NCBI GenBank assembly: GCA_951406725.2
Contig: OX597825.1
Span: 85,684,001 to 85,748,000 of the forward strand
Direction of reading: 5' to 3'
Source: Octopus vulgaris
Taxonomy: Eukaryota
DNA: 64,000 nt
The translations under genes and the position numbers were made by a program. The first letter of the stretch is position 1, and each line of letters begins with the position of its first letter. The notes under the pieces were generated by a model. The model worked only from the letters and a program-made list of their open reading frames with translations, made no database searches and was not told the origin of the DNA. Shown piece by piece: positions 13,458 through 27,635 of the stretch.

Positions 13458-14638
13458 AATATTACCGAATGTGTCATTCAATTCTTATGTTGGGGAGGTA
13501 TAATTTTAAGGGGTTTTTTGTTACTAATTCTAGCAGCTCGAACCAGTCCGTACATTTTTATTATTTGACTCAGCTACTTCAAGTGAGGAACGGTTCACAG
13601 ACGGAAGCAGCAGAAACAACCAGTGTTGCTATCAGCAATAATAAGATGTGACACTAGGTGCTTTCACAACTGTCAGGGTTGCTATTTCAGTTCACAACAC
13701 TTCTCAACAAATTACACAAGTCTTACGGAGAATGAATAAAGTATGATAAAGAATAATGATATAAGTATTACAGCAAATAATGACTAAACGTGAATAAATC
13801 CAAGCACAAGCTGACCAAGAGATCTAAAACAAATATTATCAATATGGAGAACGAATGAAGATTAAAGTCTTAGATCATCAATAGATCTATAACAATAAAA
13901 TAAACGCGTGTATTGATACTTTATCGATACTAATACATACATGGAGATTACCATTGTCCACTTACATTGAGATTAATTTTTTATTATCGATGTTGCTATT
14001 GTTGTCTGCTCTATGTCAGGAGTTATCACCAAATATATTCCTAGTAATATATTTCAGGAACTGGGCTGCGTTCGGATATATCATCTTTTGTGTTTTTCCG
14101 TTTAAAATGGAAGAGTATGAGTTCAGAGAAATTAGGGTCTTATTTCTAGCAGGTCGGATGACCACTTCCATACTCCTTTTTTATGATGCGCCTTCCATGT
14201 TTTCATGTTACAATACTGATGTAAAAATCTACATAAAGTTCTATTTCGTGTGAAGATATTGTCAATACTTCCTTTGTAAACTATATATAGATCTTATTTT
14301 ATTATAAATCACAGAGATAAGACAGTTGTTTCGATCGGATCTCTTATTTCTTCCATGATAAAGCACTAGTGGCGGAAATGCTGACGACACCGGAAGCAAA
14401 GATCTCATAATATATCGACTTGGTTCAACAGAAAACTCGCCAACAGAACAAACGTTTTTTTTCATTCTCAATATCTTTTAGCTCCGTTCGTCTTTTCATC
14501 ATGAACATGTAATGTTACGTTAGAACACTTACGTATACAGATAACAAATTCTCATCAGCACTTATTAGCGCCTTCCCTATTACCCATGCACACACACATA
14601 TATATATATATATGCATATATTTATGTACGTATGATTG

Positions 14639-14675
<37 letters not shown>

Positions 14676-14975
14676 CTGAGTATATATATATATATATATA
14701 TATGTATAGATATACGCATATATAATACATACATATGTACATATATATATATATACATATACATGTACATATACATATATATGGTACATATGTCTTATGA
14801 ATATGTATGCACAGATATATATGTATATGTGTATGCATATGCACACATAAACATGGGCATACTCACACACATACATATATATACGCATGCATATACATAC
14901 GTATATCTGTATATATCCATATATTAATGTATGCACACATACATATATATACGTACGTGCATAAGTATCTATGCA

Positions 14976-15030
<55 letters not shown>

Positions 15031-15063
15031 TGCTTCTTCCGCAATAATATATAAGTGTAAGGA

Positions 15064-15073
15064 TGTGTGAGTT

Positions 15074-15104
<31 letters not shown>

Positions 15105-15113
15105 TTGTGTGTG

Positions 15114-15182
<69 letters not shown>

Positions 15183-15189
15183 AGCGTGT

Positions 15190-15250
<61 letters not shown>
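15064..15250. repeat. (GT)n microsatellite
   Basis: Direct inspection. Confidence 0.95.
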
Positions 15251-15251
<1 letters not shown>

Positions 15252-15858
15252 ACGTATTAGTTCACATCGCTTTATTGAATTCCTCTCCTTCCGGCTGAGC
15301 TCATCCCCAACTTAAACATCTTTTGTATTCACAACACTCTTTCTTTCTTTCTTTGTTTCGCCATCTTTGTTAGAATATTGCTCCACTGTTTCTTCGTTGT
15401 TCCGTATCTGCTGTTCTTCTTGTAATTGTTGTTGTTGTTGCTGTTGTTGCTCTTCTTGTTGTTGATATTGTGTTGCTATGAGTGTGTGTGTGTTGTTTAC
15501 TTGGATATCGATCCGGTATTGATTTCTCCCAAGTCCATGTACTTTAGTGCATATCAAATATTTGGCCATTGGATCGTATTGAACAATTATATTGGTCCAC
15601 GATCTTATTACTTATTATAGTTCCTCCTGTCTACATATACACTTACTTTCACATATATGTGTTTATATATAGAGAGAGACAGAGAGTGAGAGAGAGAAAG
15701 AGGGAGACAGACAGACAGACAGATAGACAGATTTGTATATATCTTTTAGATATTTCTTCAAGTTAGCTGCTAATCTGACGTATCATAAAAAATTTAAACT
15801 GTCATATACATACATATATTAATGCATGTGTATATAAAACTATATATATATATATACA

Positions 15859-15955
<97 letters not shown>

Positions 15956-17615
15956 TGATAGATTGATAGATATAGATATAAATATCTTAGATAGATAAGA
16001 TAGATAGATAGATAGATATAGATATAGATATAGATATAAATGCACATATGTATATATATGCACGTGTGTATATATACACGCATTTACATATACTCATTTG
16101 TATATTTACTGATATTGACGGATGCAGGTATGCATGAATACCTGCCGATGTTCATGAGTTTCAAACTTTTTAATTAAATTGCATGTACAGCTCACACAAA
16201 CACACACACACAAACGCGGGCACCTGTGTGTGTGTGTGTGTGTGTATGTGTGTGTGTGTGTGTGTATTCTTATAAAACTCAGACTCGCTAAAACGAGAGA
16301 TAGACGTTAATATTTTTCTTTAATTATGAGAATATTTGAATAAAAACTTAATATTAAAAAAAAAATCAAATAAACAAGAGCAAAGAGAAAAACAAACAAC
16401 AGAGTATTTCAGTTTTATTGTCGCTGTGATCTTTGTGTACACAAATGAAGAGATCAAACGATCGAACCACGTCAACATCAGTAAATGCAAAAACGAGATG
16501 AAAAAGACAAACTATGAGGAAATCACCATAAAATACTACACTGTTTACTCACTAGGTGGCAGTAGTCGTCTAATATAATATCTAATATATTATACGTTAG
16601 TTAAGTGTTATTATGTAGTTATCATATTGTATAATATTGATTCGAGGATATTGTCTAAATTATTAACTAAGAACTTGTTGACTTTGTTCATCTGTGAAGC
16701 TGATACACAAATATTAGGATGAGTAATATTTGAGGTGTCGGGGGAGGCGAAGTGGGGGAAGGAAGCGATGAAGTATTTTGCTCAAGAATGTCCGTTTTTA
16801 TATTCTTTTATATTTTTTTACTCTTCACTTCTCCGCGTTCAAATCTACCTGGCATCACATGTGAACAGTTATTGTTTTAAAATCGATAAAGGATCGATAC
16901 TTTACTGTATTGGATCCAACGGAATACCCCCACCCCTGCGTTTAAATAATTACTCACCTGTGGTTAATTATAATTACTTTCCGGTGATTAATTGTAATCA
17001 TTCATTAGTATAATCAAAGGAATTAAGATCGATATCCTACTCACTTCCTAATCTCAGTTAATTCAAACTCTACACACGATGTTAATGCATTTGATAAAGG
17101 CTTAAATACCGCACCATCCAGTTTTCTACGCCTCGAGATATTTGACGGATATAATGTTGATCTCTGAACCTTTTATACTTTATGGCTTTCACTTCTGTCT
17201 GGCGAGTGTTCTACCAAATTTATCAACTTCTGGTTCCCATCCATCTTTCAGCTCTTTGACTATATCTCCCTGTCAGAGTATATCAATGAGGTACGTGCGC
17301 ATGCTGACTCACGTTCTCTCAACTCCTGAGCACTCAAGCTTTGGGCTCTGTCTTCCTACTTTTCTTCCAACTTCCTGTCGTCTCCAACAACGCCAACTAT
17401 TACTCAGGACATGCCTCACCACCCTTCACTTCTACCTTGCGTTCCGCACTCATGCGATGTAACCCACGTGACTTAAAGGCTTCACCTCCAAATCTACACC
17501 GACTCCGAGAACAGGAAACTCAAAGTAAACAGTACCTCTCTCTTCCTCAAAACCCGGACCCAACGCAGTTAGAAGAGTCAACACCATTACAAGTGCTTCA
17601 CCTCATCAGTATTGT

Positions 17616-17693
<78 letters not shown>

Positions 17694-17699
17694 GCATAA

Positions 17700-17960
17700 A
17701 AATCCTCTGCACAGAGTAAGAACTCTACCACAAATCCTAACTCTTCCTCTTCAGATCCGGAAAATATTTCAACCGTCCACAACGTCCGACTCTCTATAAA
17801 GCTCAGTTAAGTCTGTATAAATTTTTATGGAATATCGCTCGCACGTGTGGAATAATGATGCTGTTAGGCACACGCAAGCATTCTAACCCATATCCAAAAA
17901 GGAACCTTTCGACTGATTGACATGTCATTAACAGGCTCTAAACTAGGGCTCTCTGTCCCT
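17700..17960 (+). mobile_element. Highly degenerate CR1-like LINE remnant
   Basis: Frameshifted pieces LFRSGKYF..., LYKAQ, MEYRSHVW and IQK..FRLI resemble the post-RT region of CR1-type ORF2. Confidence 0.45.
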
Positions 17961-18750
17961 TCGTTTCATTCTGACTTTCTCTTCGACCCCTACTTCACGA
18001 GCCTTTCGCTATCAAAGCTGACTCACCTAGGGTCATCTTCATTTAAACTTTCTCATCTCTGAAGTCTCTCTTCTCTCCATCCATTCTGAATCCACCTGCC
18101 GTAAGCTTCCTTCACAGTAACCGCTGCATCGGTCCTTCTCTCTAACATCGTCTCCTTGTCTGCACACATTTTTACCTGTTCCAATCGATTTGCAACTGGC
18201 CGTTGTTAACTCCTTCCCTATCGCTGGCTTCACTAGATTTCTGTAGACTAAAGACACAACCCCCACCCCACCCGTTCCACTGCACAAATCCAGAAACGAC
18301 CATACCAATCCACCCCACACGCCACTATTCTACCCCAACCCTTGAAGAAACCAAATTACAATCGAAACACCCATGTCACTATCTGAATAAGAGTGGTAAT
18401 TCTCAGAAATAACGTGTAATCCCAATTAGTGAAATTCTAAATTAGCTTCTATCTACTTATCCATTAATTAACCAACAAACCAACCAGATTAAATAAAATA
18501 ATCATTTAATGAAATTTCCAACCGATTGAAGAAATATACGTCAAACTATCCAACAGCTTCCCACAGTTTCTTTGTCTTTTCGACTGAGAGCCTCGTTCTG
18601 TCTTCCGCTCTGTCCGTCTATTTGTCAGTCAATTTACCCAGAAATAGTTCAAGTGTTCGGCCTGTCTTTCTCCTACACATGTCTCTCCCCATCACCCATT
18701 CATTCATTATATCTGTATGCATGTACATACGTATATTTGTATATAGCAAC

Positions 18751-19185
18751 GGCGGCGAGCTGGCAGAAACGTTAGCGCCCCGGGCGAAATGCTTAGCGGT
18801 ATTTCGTTTGCCGTTACATTCTGAGTTCAAATTCCGCCGAGGTCGACTTTGCCTTTCATCCTTTCAGGGTCGATTAAATAAGTACCAGTTATGCACTGGG
18901 TCGATCTAATCGACTTAATCCCTTTGTCTGTCCTTGTTTGTCCCCTCTATGTTTAGCCCCTTGTGGGTAGTAAAGAAATAGAGATAGGTATTTCGTCTAT
19001 CGTTACGTTCCGAGTTCAAATTCCACCGAGGTCGACTTTGCCTTTCATCCTTTCGGGGTCGATTAAATAAGTACCAGTTATGCACTGGGGTCGATCTAAT
19101 CGACTTAATCTCTTTGTCTGTCCTTGTTTGTCCTCTCTATGTTTGTTGTCTGTCCTTGTTTGTCCTTGTGGGCAATAAAAAATAT
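18751..19185 (+). mobile_element. Dimeric SINE (main family)
   Basis: A full unit, then a second unit from GGTATTTCGTC. Flanks share TATTTGTATATA, a possible TSD. Confidence 0.92.
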
Positions 19186-19713
19186 ATATTTGTATATATT
19201 AACACCAACTGTGTATTTTTGCGGGAATATGTCTGTGTGTGTGTGTGTGTACATCGCTTTGTCTCATCTCTACCTGACTCTGCCGTTTGTCACTCAGTTT
19301 GCTAATTTCTCTTTTTCTCTCCCTCCCTCCTTCTCTCTCTTTCTGTCTTTTTTCTTCTCCCACTCCCCTTCACTGTCCTCCCCCCTCTTTCTAAATATCC
19401 TTGTTACATGTCATCTCAATACTATTCCCATTAATTATTAAATCCCCTACTTAAAGGCACAAGACGTGAGTTCACAAAGTAATTAGTCATAATTATTCCA
19501 ACATATTTAAACCCCGAATTCAAAGGCCACAACGTGAGTTCTCAAACTAATTAGTTATAATTAATTGAAATATGTAACTAGTTGCTACGTAGTTCAAGGC
19601 TTTACGTCATACACCGGCAAAGGAGCCACCTTGATGTCATTGAAAATGCTAGAATAGCATCCAGATCTGCCTCGAATAGTAACTTGCTGTCTGGTTTAGA
19701 TAATGTCATAGTT

Positions 19714-20019
19714 TGCTGGTTCCCAACCTTTTCGTTACCAAGAACCCCTTTTATATAAATGAGTTTTCGCACAGACCCCTTTTAAAGTGTTTATCCTTAT
19801 GTGTGGTGTTGAGCAGAATATTTGCCGTAGCCCATCTTTTTATACCAAGACAAAACAATGTATATGATAACACTTCCAATCAGTTAAGATCAGAAGACAC
19901 GAGGGCCATTGCCTGGTACAGCACCAGGGCAGTGTGAAATTTGGAATTTATTTCACGGTCCCCCAGTGCTACCTTTGAGGACCACCAGGGGTCCGCAGAC
20001 TACAGGTTGTGAACCACTG
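19714..20019. mobile_element. hAT/Charlie-like MITE
   Basis: Termini TGGTTCCCAACCTTTT ... CAGGTTGTGAACCACTG, with GC-rich subterminal motifs (GGTCCCCCAG, GGGGTCCGC). Confidence 0.7.
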
Positions 20020-20189
20020 CCCTAAATTAGAGTGTGTTTAAAATATACCACGGGGTGGTCAGAGATGGAAAGCATTTGATGCGAGGCTCTGTCTCTTTAA
20101 GTAGGATTGAACTAAAGCTAAACAACATCGGTAGTACAATACAAAAAGATGTTGTCATTGTTATCTTAAGAACTAGAATAATGGCTTCA

Positions 20190-20190
20190 G

Positions 20191-20271
<81 letters not shown>

Positions 20272-20291
20272 TTCATTATTATTATTAATGA

Positions 20292-20358
<67 letters not shown>

Positions 20359-20386
20359 AATCATCATCATCATCATCATCACCATC

Positions 20387-20437
<51 letters not shown>
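20190..20437. repeat. (ATT)n/(CAT)n microsatellite
   Basis: Direct inspection. Confidence 0.95.
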
Positions 20438-21262
20438 AATTTTTACGTATTATGCAGCATTATTTTCCCTGATAAATTTCCGTGTCTCTCATTTCCAGAG
20501 AGATTCCCCTTACTTTTCCTCTATCAACCCTCAAACTCCGGCCTCAACAGAGCCATTTCAATTAGTCGCTCTTCTTCTGTCCGGTCCATTTTAAATAATA
20601 ATACTTTTCTCTTAAGTTTCCTTAATATTTTCTCTTCTTTTCATAACAGAACCTCATAAATAATAATTTCCACTCTTCCATGAAGCCATTCCAATATTCC
20701 TATAAAGCATTCTTTCTCTGTCCGAGCTATTTCTCAATAATCAAAATTTGCTTCTCTGTTACATTAATATTTATACATACGTACATACGTAAAAGATTGC
20801 ACACATACACAGACACGCTCAAAATACATATATACATACATTTATATACACACGCATGTATGTGTATATAAATGCTTGTATGTGCGTGTGTGTTTCTATA
20901 TACATGTTCATATTTCCACAATCATGCATACTTAGAAGTTTAAATACAGATACATGTGTCTGCATACATGCACACATGTACCCGTATGCATTCATACATT
21001 CATACAAAAGAACAGGAAACTGTGCCACTTTTGTGTGTCAATTGTATCACCCTCCACCCCCATCCTCTCCTATGTCAATATTTAAATAACGAAACACAAC
21101 ACACACACATACTCACTTACAGATTTACGACACCCGTTTCTCTAATATACGGACAGAATCTCATAAGATCATGGTTGAAACGCCATTGCTCATAGGGTTT
21201 AAATTACAACAACAAAAAGATATATAGAAAAGAGAGAGGTAGAGTAATACACTTTATATAAA

Positions 21263-21394
21263 AGCAGCGAAAATATCACAAAAACTGTTACTCAGAGTTT
21301 CACGTTCCCGTTCGTTGGACAGTTTTGTTTAGAACTGTCGTCCGACGAACGGGAACCTGAAAATCTGAGTAACAGCTTTTGTGATATCTTTGCT
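21263..21394. ncRNA. Inverted pair of hammerhead-like motifs (C4 variant core) in a Penelope-like fragment
   Basis: Minus 21281-21326: AAAACTGT-CCAACGA-ACG GGAA CGT-GAAA-CTCTGAG-TA-ACAGTTTT (8-bp stem I). Plus 21333-21375: CCGACGA...GAAA...GTA-ACAG. Confidence 0.6.
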
Positions 21395-21480
21395 ACACTT
21401 ATATTTATATACATACATTTATATATACATACGGTTATATATATATATGTGTGTGTGTGTGTGTATGTAATATGTATATT

Positions 21481-21630
21481 ACTTAGCGGTTCGGCAAAAG
21501 AGACCGATAGAATAAGTACTGGGCTTACAAAGAATAAGTCCCGGGGTCGATTTCCTCGACTAAAGGCGGTGCTCCAGCATGGCCGCAGTCAAATGACTGA
21601 AACAAGTAAAAGAGTAAAAAGAGAGTAAAA
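21481..21630 (+). mobile_element. 3' part of CORE-type SINE
   Basis: ACTTAGCGGTTCGGCAAAAGAGACCGATAGAATAAGTACT...GCATGGCCGCAGTCAAATGACTGAAACAAG followed by (TAAAAGAG)n. Confidence 0.85.
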
Positions 21631-21632
21631 GA

Positions 21633-21729
<97 letters not shown>

Positions 21730-22140
21730 TGTGTGCATACATACGTTCATACATAAATATGTATATAAGTAGTATGTATGTGTATAGGCAATAGGTGAGA
21801 CCTGGGTATGCTCAGTACAGAAAACACATTGAATTGAAACTTAAACTCCGAATTCTTCATCCAGGGCGAGGCACACGTCAAGACAAATGGATATAAACAC
21901 AGTTATGCTTGATATAAATACATTTACAGGAGCACAAAAAATACAAATACAAAATAAAGTTAACTTTATCTTCTCAATTTCTCCCTTCTCTCTTTTTCCT
22001 CTGTTATATCCTTTTTTCTTTTCTTCTTATTGTCTCGAAGTTCTTCCTATTTCCCTCTCCCCTGATCTCGTTCTTCTCCCTCCTTCCCTTTAACCATTTA
22101 TTTTTATTACTGCTACTATATGAACCGCATTTGCCAATAT

Positions 22141-22275
22141 TCTCTCGATGAGGGAAGCCGGACTTACTGTATTGTCTTCATGTAACTGATAACATAACTT
22201 TTTGCACATTTTAACTACAAAATATTATTGTTATGATTATTACGTAAAGTCGGACTTCCTGAAACAGCTGTCAAG
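22141..22275 (+). ncRNA. Degenerate hammerhead-like motif with long stem II
   Basis: TCGATGA (22145), stem GGGAAGCCGGACTT/AAGTCGGACTTCCT (12 of 14 pairs), GAAA (22261), palindromic ACAGCTGT and a GTC site. Stem I is poor. Confidence 0.4.
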
Positions 22276-22810
22276 TTATGATAATTCATATTAATTCATC
22301 TCCTTAGGTACGTTTTGTGCTCCATGAAAATATATTTATATCAAACCTGTGTTTATCTCTATTACTACATATGCACACATATACTCAAATATACAGACAT
22401 ATATATGCACGCGCGCGCGCGCGTGTGTGTGTGTGTGTGTGAGTGTGTGAGTGTGTGCATGTGCGTATATAGACGTGTGTATGAACCTTTTTTGTGCGTG
22501 TGTGTATGCAAGCGTGTATTCGGGTAAGTATATATTTTTTGGTGAATGTGTGGGTGAGCATGTGTGTGTTTTAAGTGAAGGTGGATATGTATATACATAT
22601 AGGCGCATTACGTGGGTGTGCGGGCGTGCATGTGTATGTATGGACATGCGCGCTTACGCAATTACTATGAAGATTTTTACATCTTTACCTTAACTCCCCC
22701 TCCCCTTACTTAGTGGTCATTCTAATAGCTCTTTTGTCTTAATAACGATCAACCACACAGTAATTTCCCTTTGTTTTAACGGTCATTTTCATAGCATTTT
22801 TCGATGGCCC

Positions 22811-22870
22811 GATAACTGAAGAGATGCCGGCGTGGGTTTCCGCCCGACATCCGAAACTCGGAGTTTTATC
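22811..22870 (+). ncRNA. Minimal type I hammerhead ribozyme (canonical core)
   Basis: GATAA-CTGAAGA-[GATGCCGG...CCGACATC C]-GAAA-CTCGGAG-TT-TTATC. Stem I GATAA/TTATC, stem II, short stem III and a GUU cleavage triplet. Paralogues at 51787-51914. Confidence 0.75.
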
Positions 22871-22905
22871 ATGGCTACCGAATAATTGTCACATATTATA
22901 TTTAC

Positions 22906-22947
<42 letters not shown>

Positions 22948-22961
22948 TGTCAACATTTATA

Positions 22962-23016
<55 letters not shown>

Positions 23017-23416
23017 GTATGTATATGTATATTATGTCAACATATACATACATACATACATACATACATACATGTGTGTGTGTGTATGTATATTATTAAC
23101 ATTTATAGTCTGCCGTTTGAACAAACAGCAAACGTTCGATATGGCACCGTTACATACGTAATAATGGCCGCCAGTGAAATATATGAAATAAACCACGTGG
23201 CCCATAACAGGGCAGCCATCATAGATATCTCCATCAACTAATTCCACCGTAATTGACATCAACAATACACTTATGAACGTACTTCATTGTATAAACATCG
23301 ACATAGAGGGAAACTAGGTCGTCCACTCTCTTACTCTTTCCTACACTCTCTCATCAAATTATGTAGAAGTATAGTTACAACTGTGTCAGTTCTACAAGAG
23401 ACTATGGCAAAAATAC

Positions 23417-23418
<2 letters not shown>

Positions 23419-23495
<77 letters not shown>
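23419..23495. repeat. (TAT)n microsatellite
   Basis: Direct inspection. Confidence 0.95.
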
Positions 23496-23497
<2 letters not shown>

Positions 23498-23878
23498 TTT
23501 ACTGTTGTTGTTGTTGTGTGCTCTATATCAAACAGCATTGATTTATCGTATCGCTTTGTTCGTTTAATAAGGTTTCTGCCTTCATGTATAGTATTCGTTT
23601 GAACACGCATATACATACACCGCGTGTATATGCATGTGTGTATGTGCGTTTGTCTGAGAGTATATCTCTGTGTGTGTGTGTGTGTGTGTGTACATTATTA
23701 TATATACACACAGATTAGAATATATATGTATATATATTGATATATATAAATATAAGTATATATACACATATTTTCTAATGTGCGTGTATATATACATACA
23801 TGTATACGTATGTTATATATATATATATAGAGAGAGAGAGAGATAGAGCGAGAGAGAAAGAGAGAGAGAGACATAAAT

Positions 23879-23921
<43 letters not shown>

Positions 23922-24174
23922 CATGTATGTATGTGTGTATGTATGTATGTACGTATGCATGTATGTATATATGTATGTATATATAATTTCTAGAGATTTC
24001 GTAGATATATTTCTATATTCTACAAGTTCAAGCAAAGAAACACACTCGCCTGCACTAATCACCACACACACACACACATGCTTATATACACACCGATGAT
24101 CACACACTCCTATACACACATACTCGTGCACAAATATGATCATACATACCCATACGGACAAAATCACACAAATT

Positions 24175-24214
<40 letters not shown>

Positions 24215-24393
24215 ATTATCTGTTTCCAATAAATCTGTATTTGAGTCTCATTTTAGTCTGTCTTCTTCCTCTCTCCATCCTCCACCTCTTCCTCCCTCTC
24301 CTTCTCTCTCACACACACACACGCACTCATTCACATTACATATTCATTCACTCTCATTTTCTCTTCCTGCTTCTTTTCTTTGTGGGTGTTGTG

Positions 24394-24460
<67 letters not shown>

Positions 24461-24477
24461 ATGTATATATACGTATG

Positions 24478-24508
<31 letters not shown>

Positions 24509-24698
24509 GCACACACATTCATGCTTATATTCATACATATATGCATCTACATATATCATATATTATATATACATATATACATACATAAGTAGAGACATAG
24601 GCATCACTCACAGACATACACACAGATACGTATATATGTGTACGTGATTGTGTATCTGTATTTCTATGTGCGTTTGTGTGTGTGTGTTTGTGTGTGTG

Positions 24699-24733
<35 letters not shown>

Positions 24734-25186
24734 GTGTCTGTGTGTGTCTGTGTGTGTGTAAAACCATACAGTTATTCACTAAATCGTAATAGGCACATCA
24801 AAAGGCTTTGGAACAAAAAAAAAGCGAAAGTGATGAGTGAATTAACAGCGAATATTCATAGAATGGTTTCTATTGAAATACCAATATTGGCACCATATCT
24901 TTCCTCCTATCTAGCGCCACCTATGTTCAATAATAATTTCCCATCATACACCTCGCACATTTTACTTCAAAACTTCATCTTATTAAGTATTTATATCGTT
25001 GACTTGCAAGCCTGTAATATGTCTACGACTGTCATACTTTGGCCAGGTGGACTGTCCGCAATCAATCCACCTATGACCAACTCGCCTTGTTTGAAACCAA
25101 TAGTTGGTAAATTTAAAAGGTAGTTGCCTGCAGGTCTAGCAGCCAAAGAGACACACCCTCAACCTTTTAATTTCCCTACAGGCATA

Positions 25187-25372
25187 AGGCGGCGAGCTGG
25201 CAGAATCGTTAGCACGTCTGTCTTTACGTTCTGAGTTCAAATTCCGCTGAGGTCGACTTTGCCGTTGATTCTTTCTGGGTCGATAAATTAAGTACCAGTT
25301 GCGTACTTGGGTCAATCTAATCGACTGGGCCCCTCCCCATAAAGTTCAGGCCTTGTTCCTAGAGTAGAAGAG
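25187..25372 (+). mobile_element. SINE (main family) with TSD
   Basis: Head, core and alternative tail; flanks AATTTCCCTACAGGCATAA / AATTTCCCTAAAGGCGTAA. Confidence 0.9.
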
Positions 25373-25902
25373 AATTTCCCTAAAGGCGTAATTAAGTATT
25401 TAGTTAATGAATTATCCGTGTGTTGCGATGGTGATTCTCCTTCCAGCCGTAACCATCCTGTCTCTTTATATTGGTACGTTCCTCTTTTGCAAATAATTGT
25501 ATTTAAAACAGTCCTGCGTTATTTGATGAACACTAAGCTGCTATTTTCTTTTTTACACAAATTGAATCACCATAAATAGGCAGCATCTTTTGACACCTCC
25601 GTATGAACACACGATTTCATAGTGTGTCCCTGTGTGTTGACTACAAGGTGTATAAGTGAGACTCTATGATGCGTAGACTAGATGACTTAATACTGTTAAG
25701 TGGATATATATGTATATATATATATATACATACATATATATGCATATGCATACATATATATGTATGCATGTATGTATGTACGAACATGTATAAATATGCA
25801 AATATATACATTTCCATACTATACATATTATATATATAAATATATATACATATATGCACATATTTTACATATATATATATATATTATGCATGCATATATA
25901 TG

Positions 25903-25936
<34 letters not shown>

Positions 25937-25976
25937 CGTGTGTGTGTGTGTGTGTCTGTGTGTGTTTGTGTGTGTC

Positions 25977-26009
<33 letters not shown>

Positions 26010-27118
26010 TCATACATAAACATATTTGATGCATAAAACTTCAAGTCTTATACTTCGAAGGTACAATATTCGGATACGCTTATATAACGTGTACAGAAGA
26101 TTACACCCTCCAAACATGAAACTCGAAGTAGTTCAGTATTTATTATCTAATATTTCTTCTTCACTCAATTGAGTGCTTCGTTTTTCTGATCCTTTCAACA
26201 AACGAACCGCACATTATGTATGCGTATGTGTGAGTGCAACCAGGGACCAATACGGTTGCTAGTTGAGTATACCACGTAATACATTATCGATGTTGACTGC
26301 CCTCAGTTATTCCAAGCTCCGTTATGAGTTTCTATGCCTCAGTAATCGCCAAGATTACTAGCAATCGGGGAGATGTACAAGGAAAGGCTTCTGTAAAACA
26401 AACTTGTGTCTGTGTGTCTATGTGTGCGTCCATTTGTGTGTGTTTCGTGTCATGGTTTCATGATTGTATCCAGACATTTTGCTTACAACGATAAAGAGTA
26501 GGTTTTAGTAATAGATGGCGAAAGTAGGAAAATAGATAATATGTCACGTGATATATGATGTGACCGGTGCGTCATGTATTGCCCTGAAACTGAACAATAA
26601 GAATTTCATATGCTGTCTACACACTGTCAGCAACTCTGACCGTTGTCATCACATAATACGTGACTCAATTATCCTATAATTTGAACGGTCAACATCGTTC
26701 TCTCCACTATTCTTAGACATCAGTTAACAGAAGTAATAACAGCTACTACACAAACACACATACATATGCACACACACACACACACACACACACAAACGCA
26801 CACAGACGCTGGCACAGACGTGCACACACATGTGTGTATGCATTCTTGGATGCTAGTAAGATGATTTCTGTATTTAAATTTAGACACAAATATACACATC
26901 TGATGCATTTTATACCTTTTATCTGTTGTCTACCTATCTTTTTATCGATTAATCGATCGGTTTATCTATCTTTCTAGTTATCAATTTATCTCAATAAACC
27001 CATCTCTATCTATCTGTCTACGTATCTTTCTCTCTCTCCCTCTCTCTCTCTCTCCCTCTCTCTCTCTTTCTCTCTCACACACACACACACACTCTATCTA
27101 TATCTTTTCCATTACCGG

Positions 27119-27440
27119 TGAGGGCTCGTGGCTTAGTGGTTACGGTATTCGGCTCACGATCATCAGATCATGAGTTCAATTCCCGGCAGTGCGTTTTGTT
27201 CTTCAGCAAGACACATTATTCCCCATTGCTCCAGTCCATTCGGCTGGCAAATACGAGTTGTACTTGTATTTCAAAGGAGGCCAGCCTTGTCACATCTTGT
27301 GTCACGCTGAATCTGCATGAGAACTACGTTAAGCTATGTATCTGTGGAGTACTCAGCCACTTGCACTTGAATTTCACGTGTTGGCTGTTCCATTGGTCGA
27401 ATCAACTGGAACCCTCGTCGTCGGAACCGACGGAGTGCCA
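27119..27440 (+). mobile_element. tRNA-derived SINE (third family)
   Basis: GGCTCGTGGCTTAGTGGTTACGGTATTCGGCTCACGATC...GAGTTCAATTCCCG head. The 3' half (GCCAGCCTTGTCACA...CTCAGCCACTTGCAC) is shared with 62116-62425. Confidence 0.85.
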
Positions 27441-27508
27441 GTTATCTATTGTCTATACATCTATCTTTCTGTCGATTAATTTACCTGTCTACCAAACTCC
27501 TTGTCTAC

Positions 27509-27544
<36 letters not shown>

Positions 27545-27635
27545 TTACCTATCTTCCTGTCTATCTATCTACTTATCTATATATCTATTTGCCTATCTAT
27601 TTCTCTCTATATCTACCTATCTATCTATCTACCTA

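Noticed and set aside
27119-27190. tRNA genes at SINE heads
   Set aside because: A/B-box-like sequence continues directly into SINE bodies, with no complete cloverleaf.
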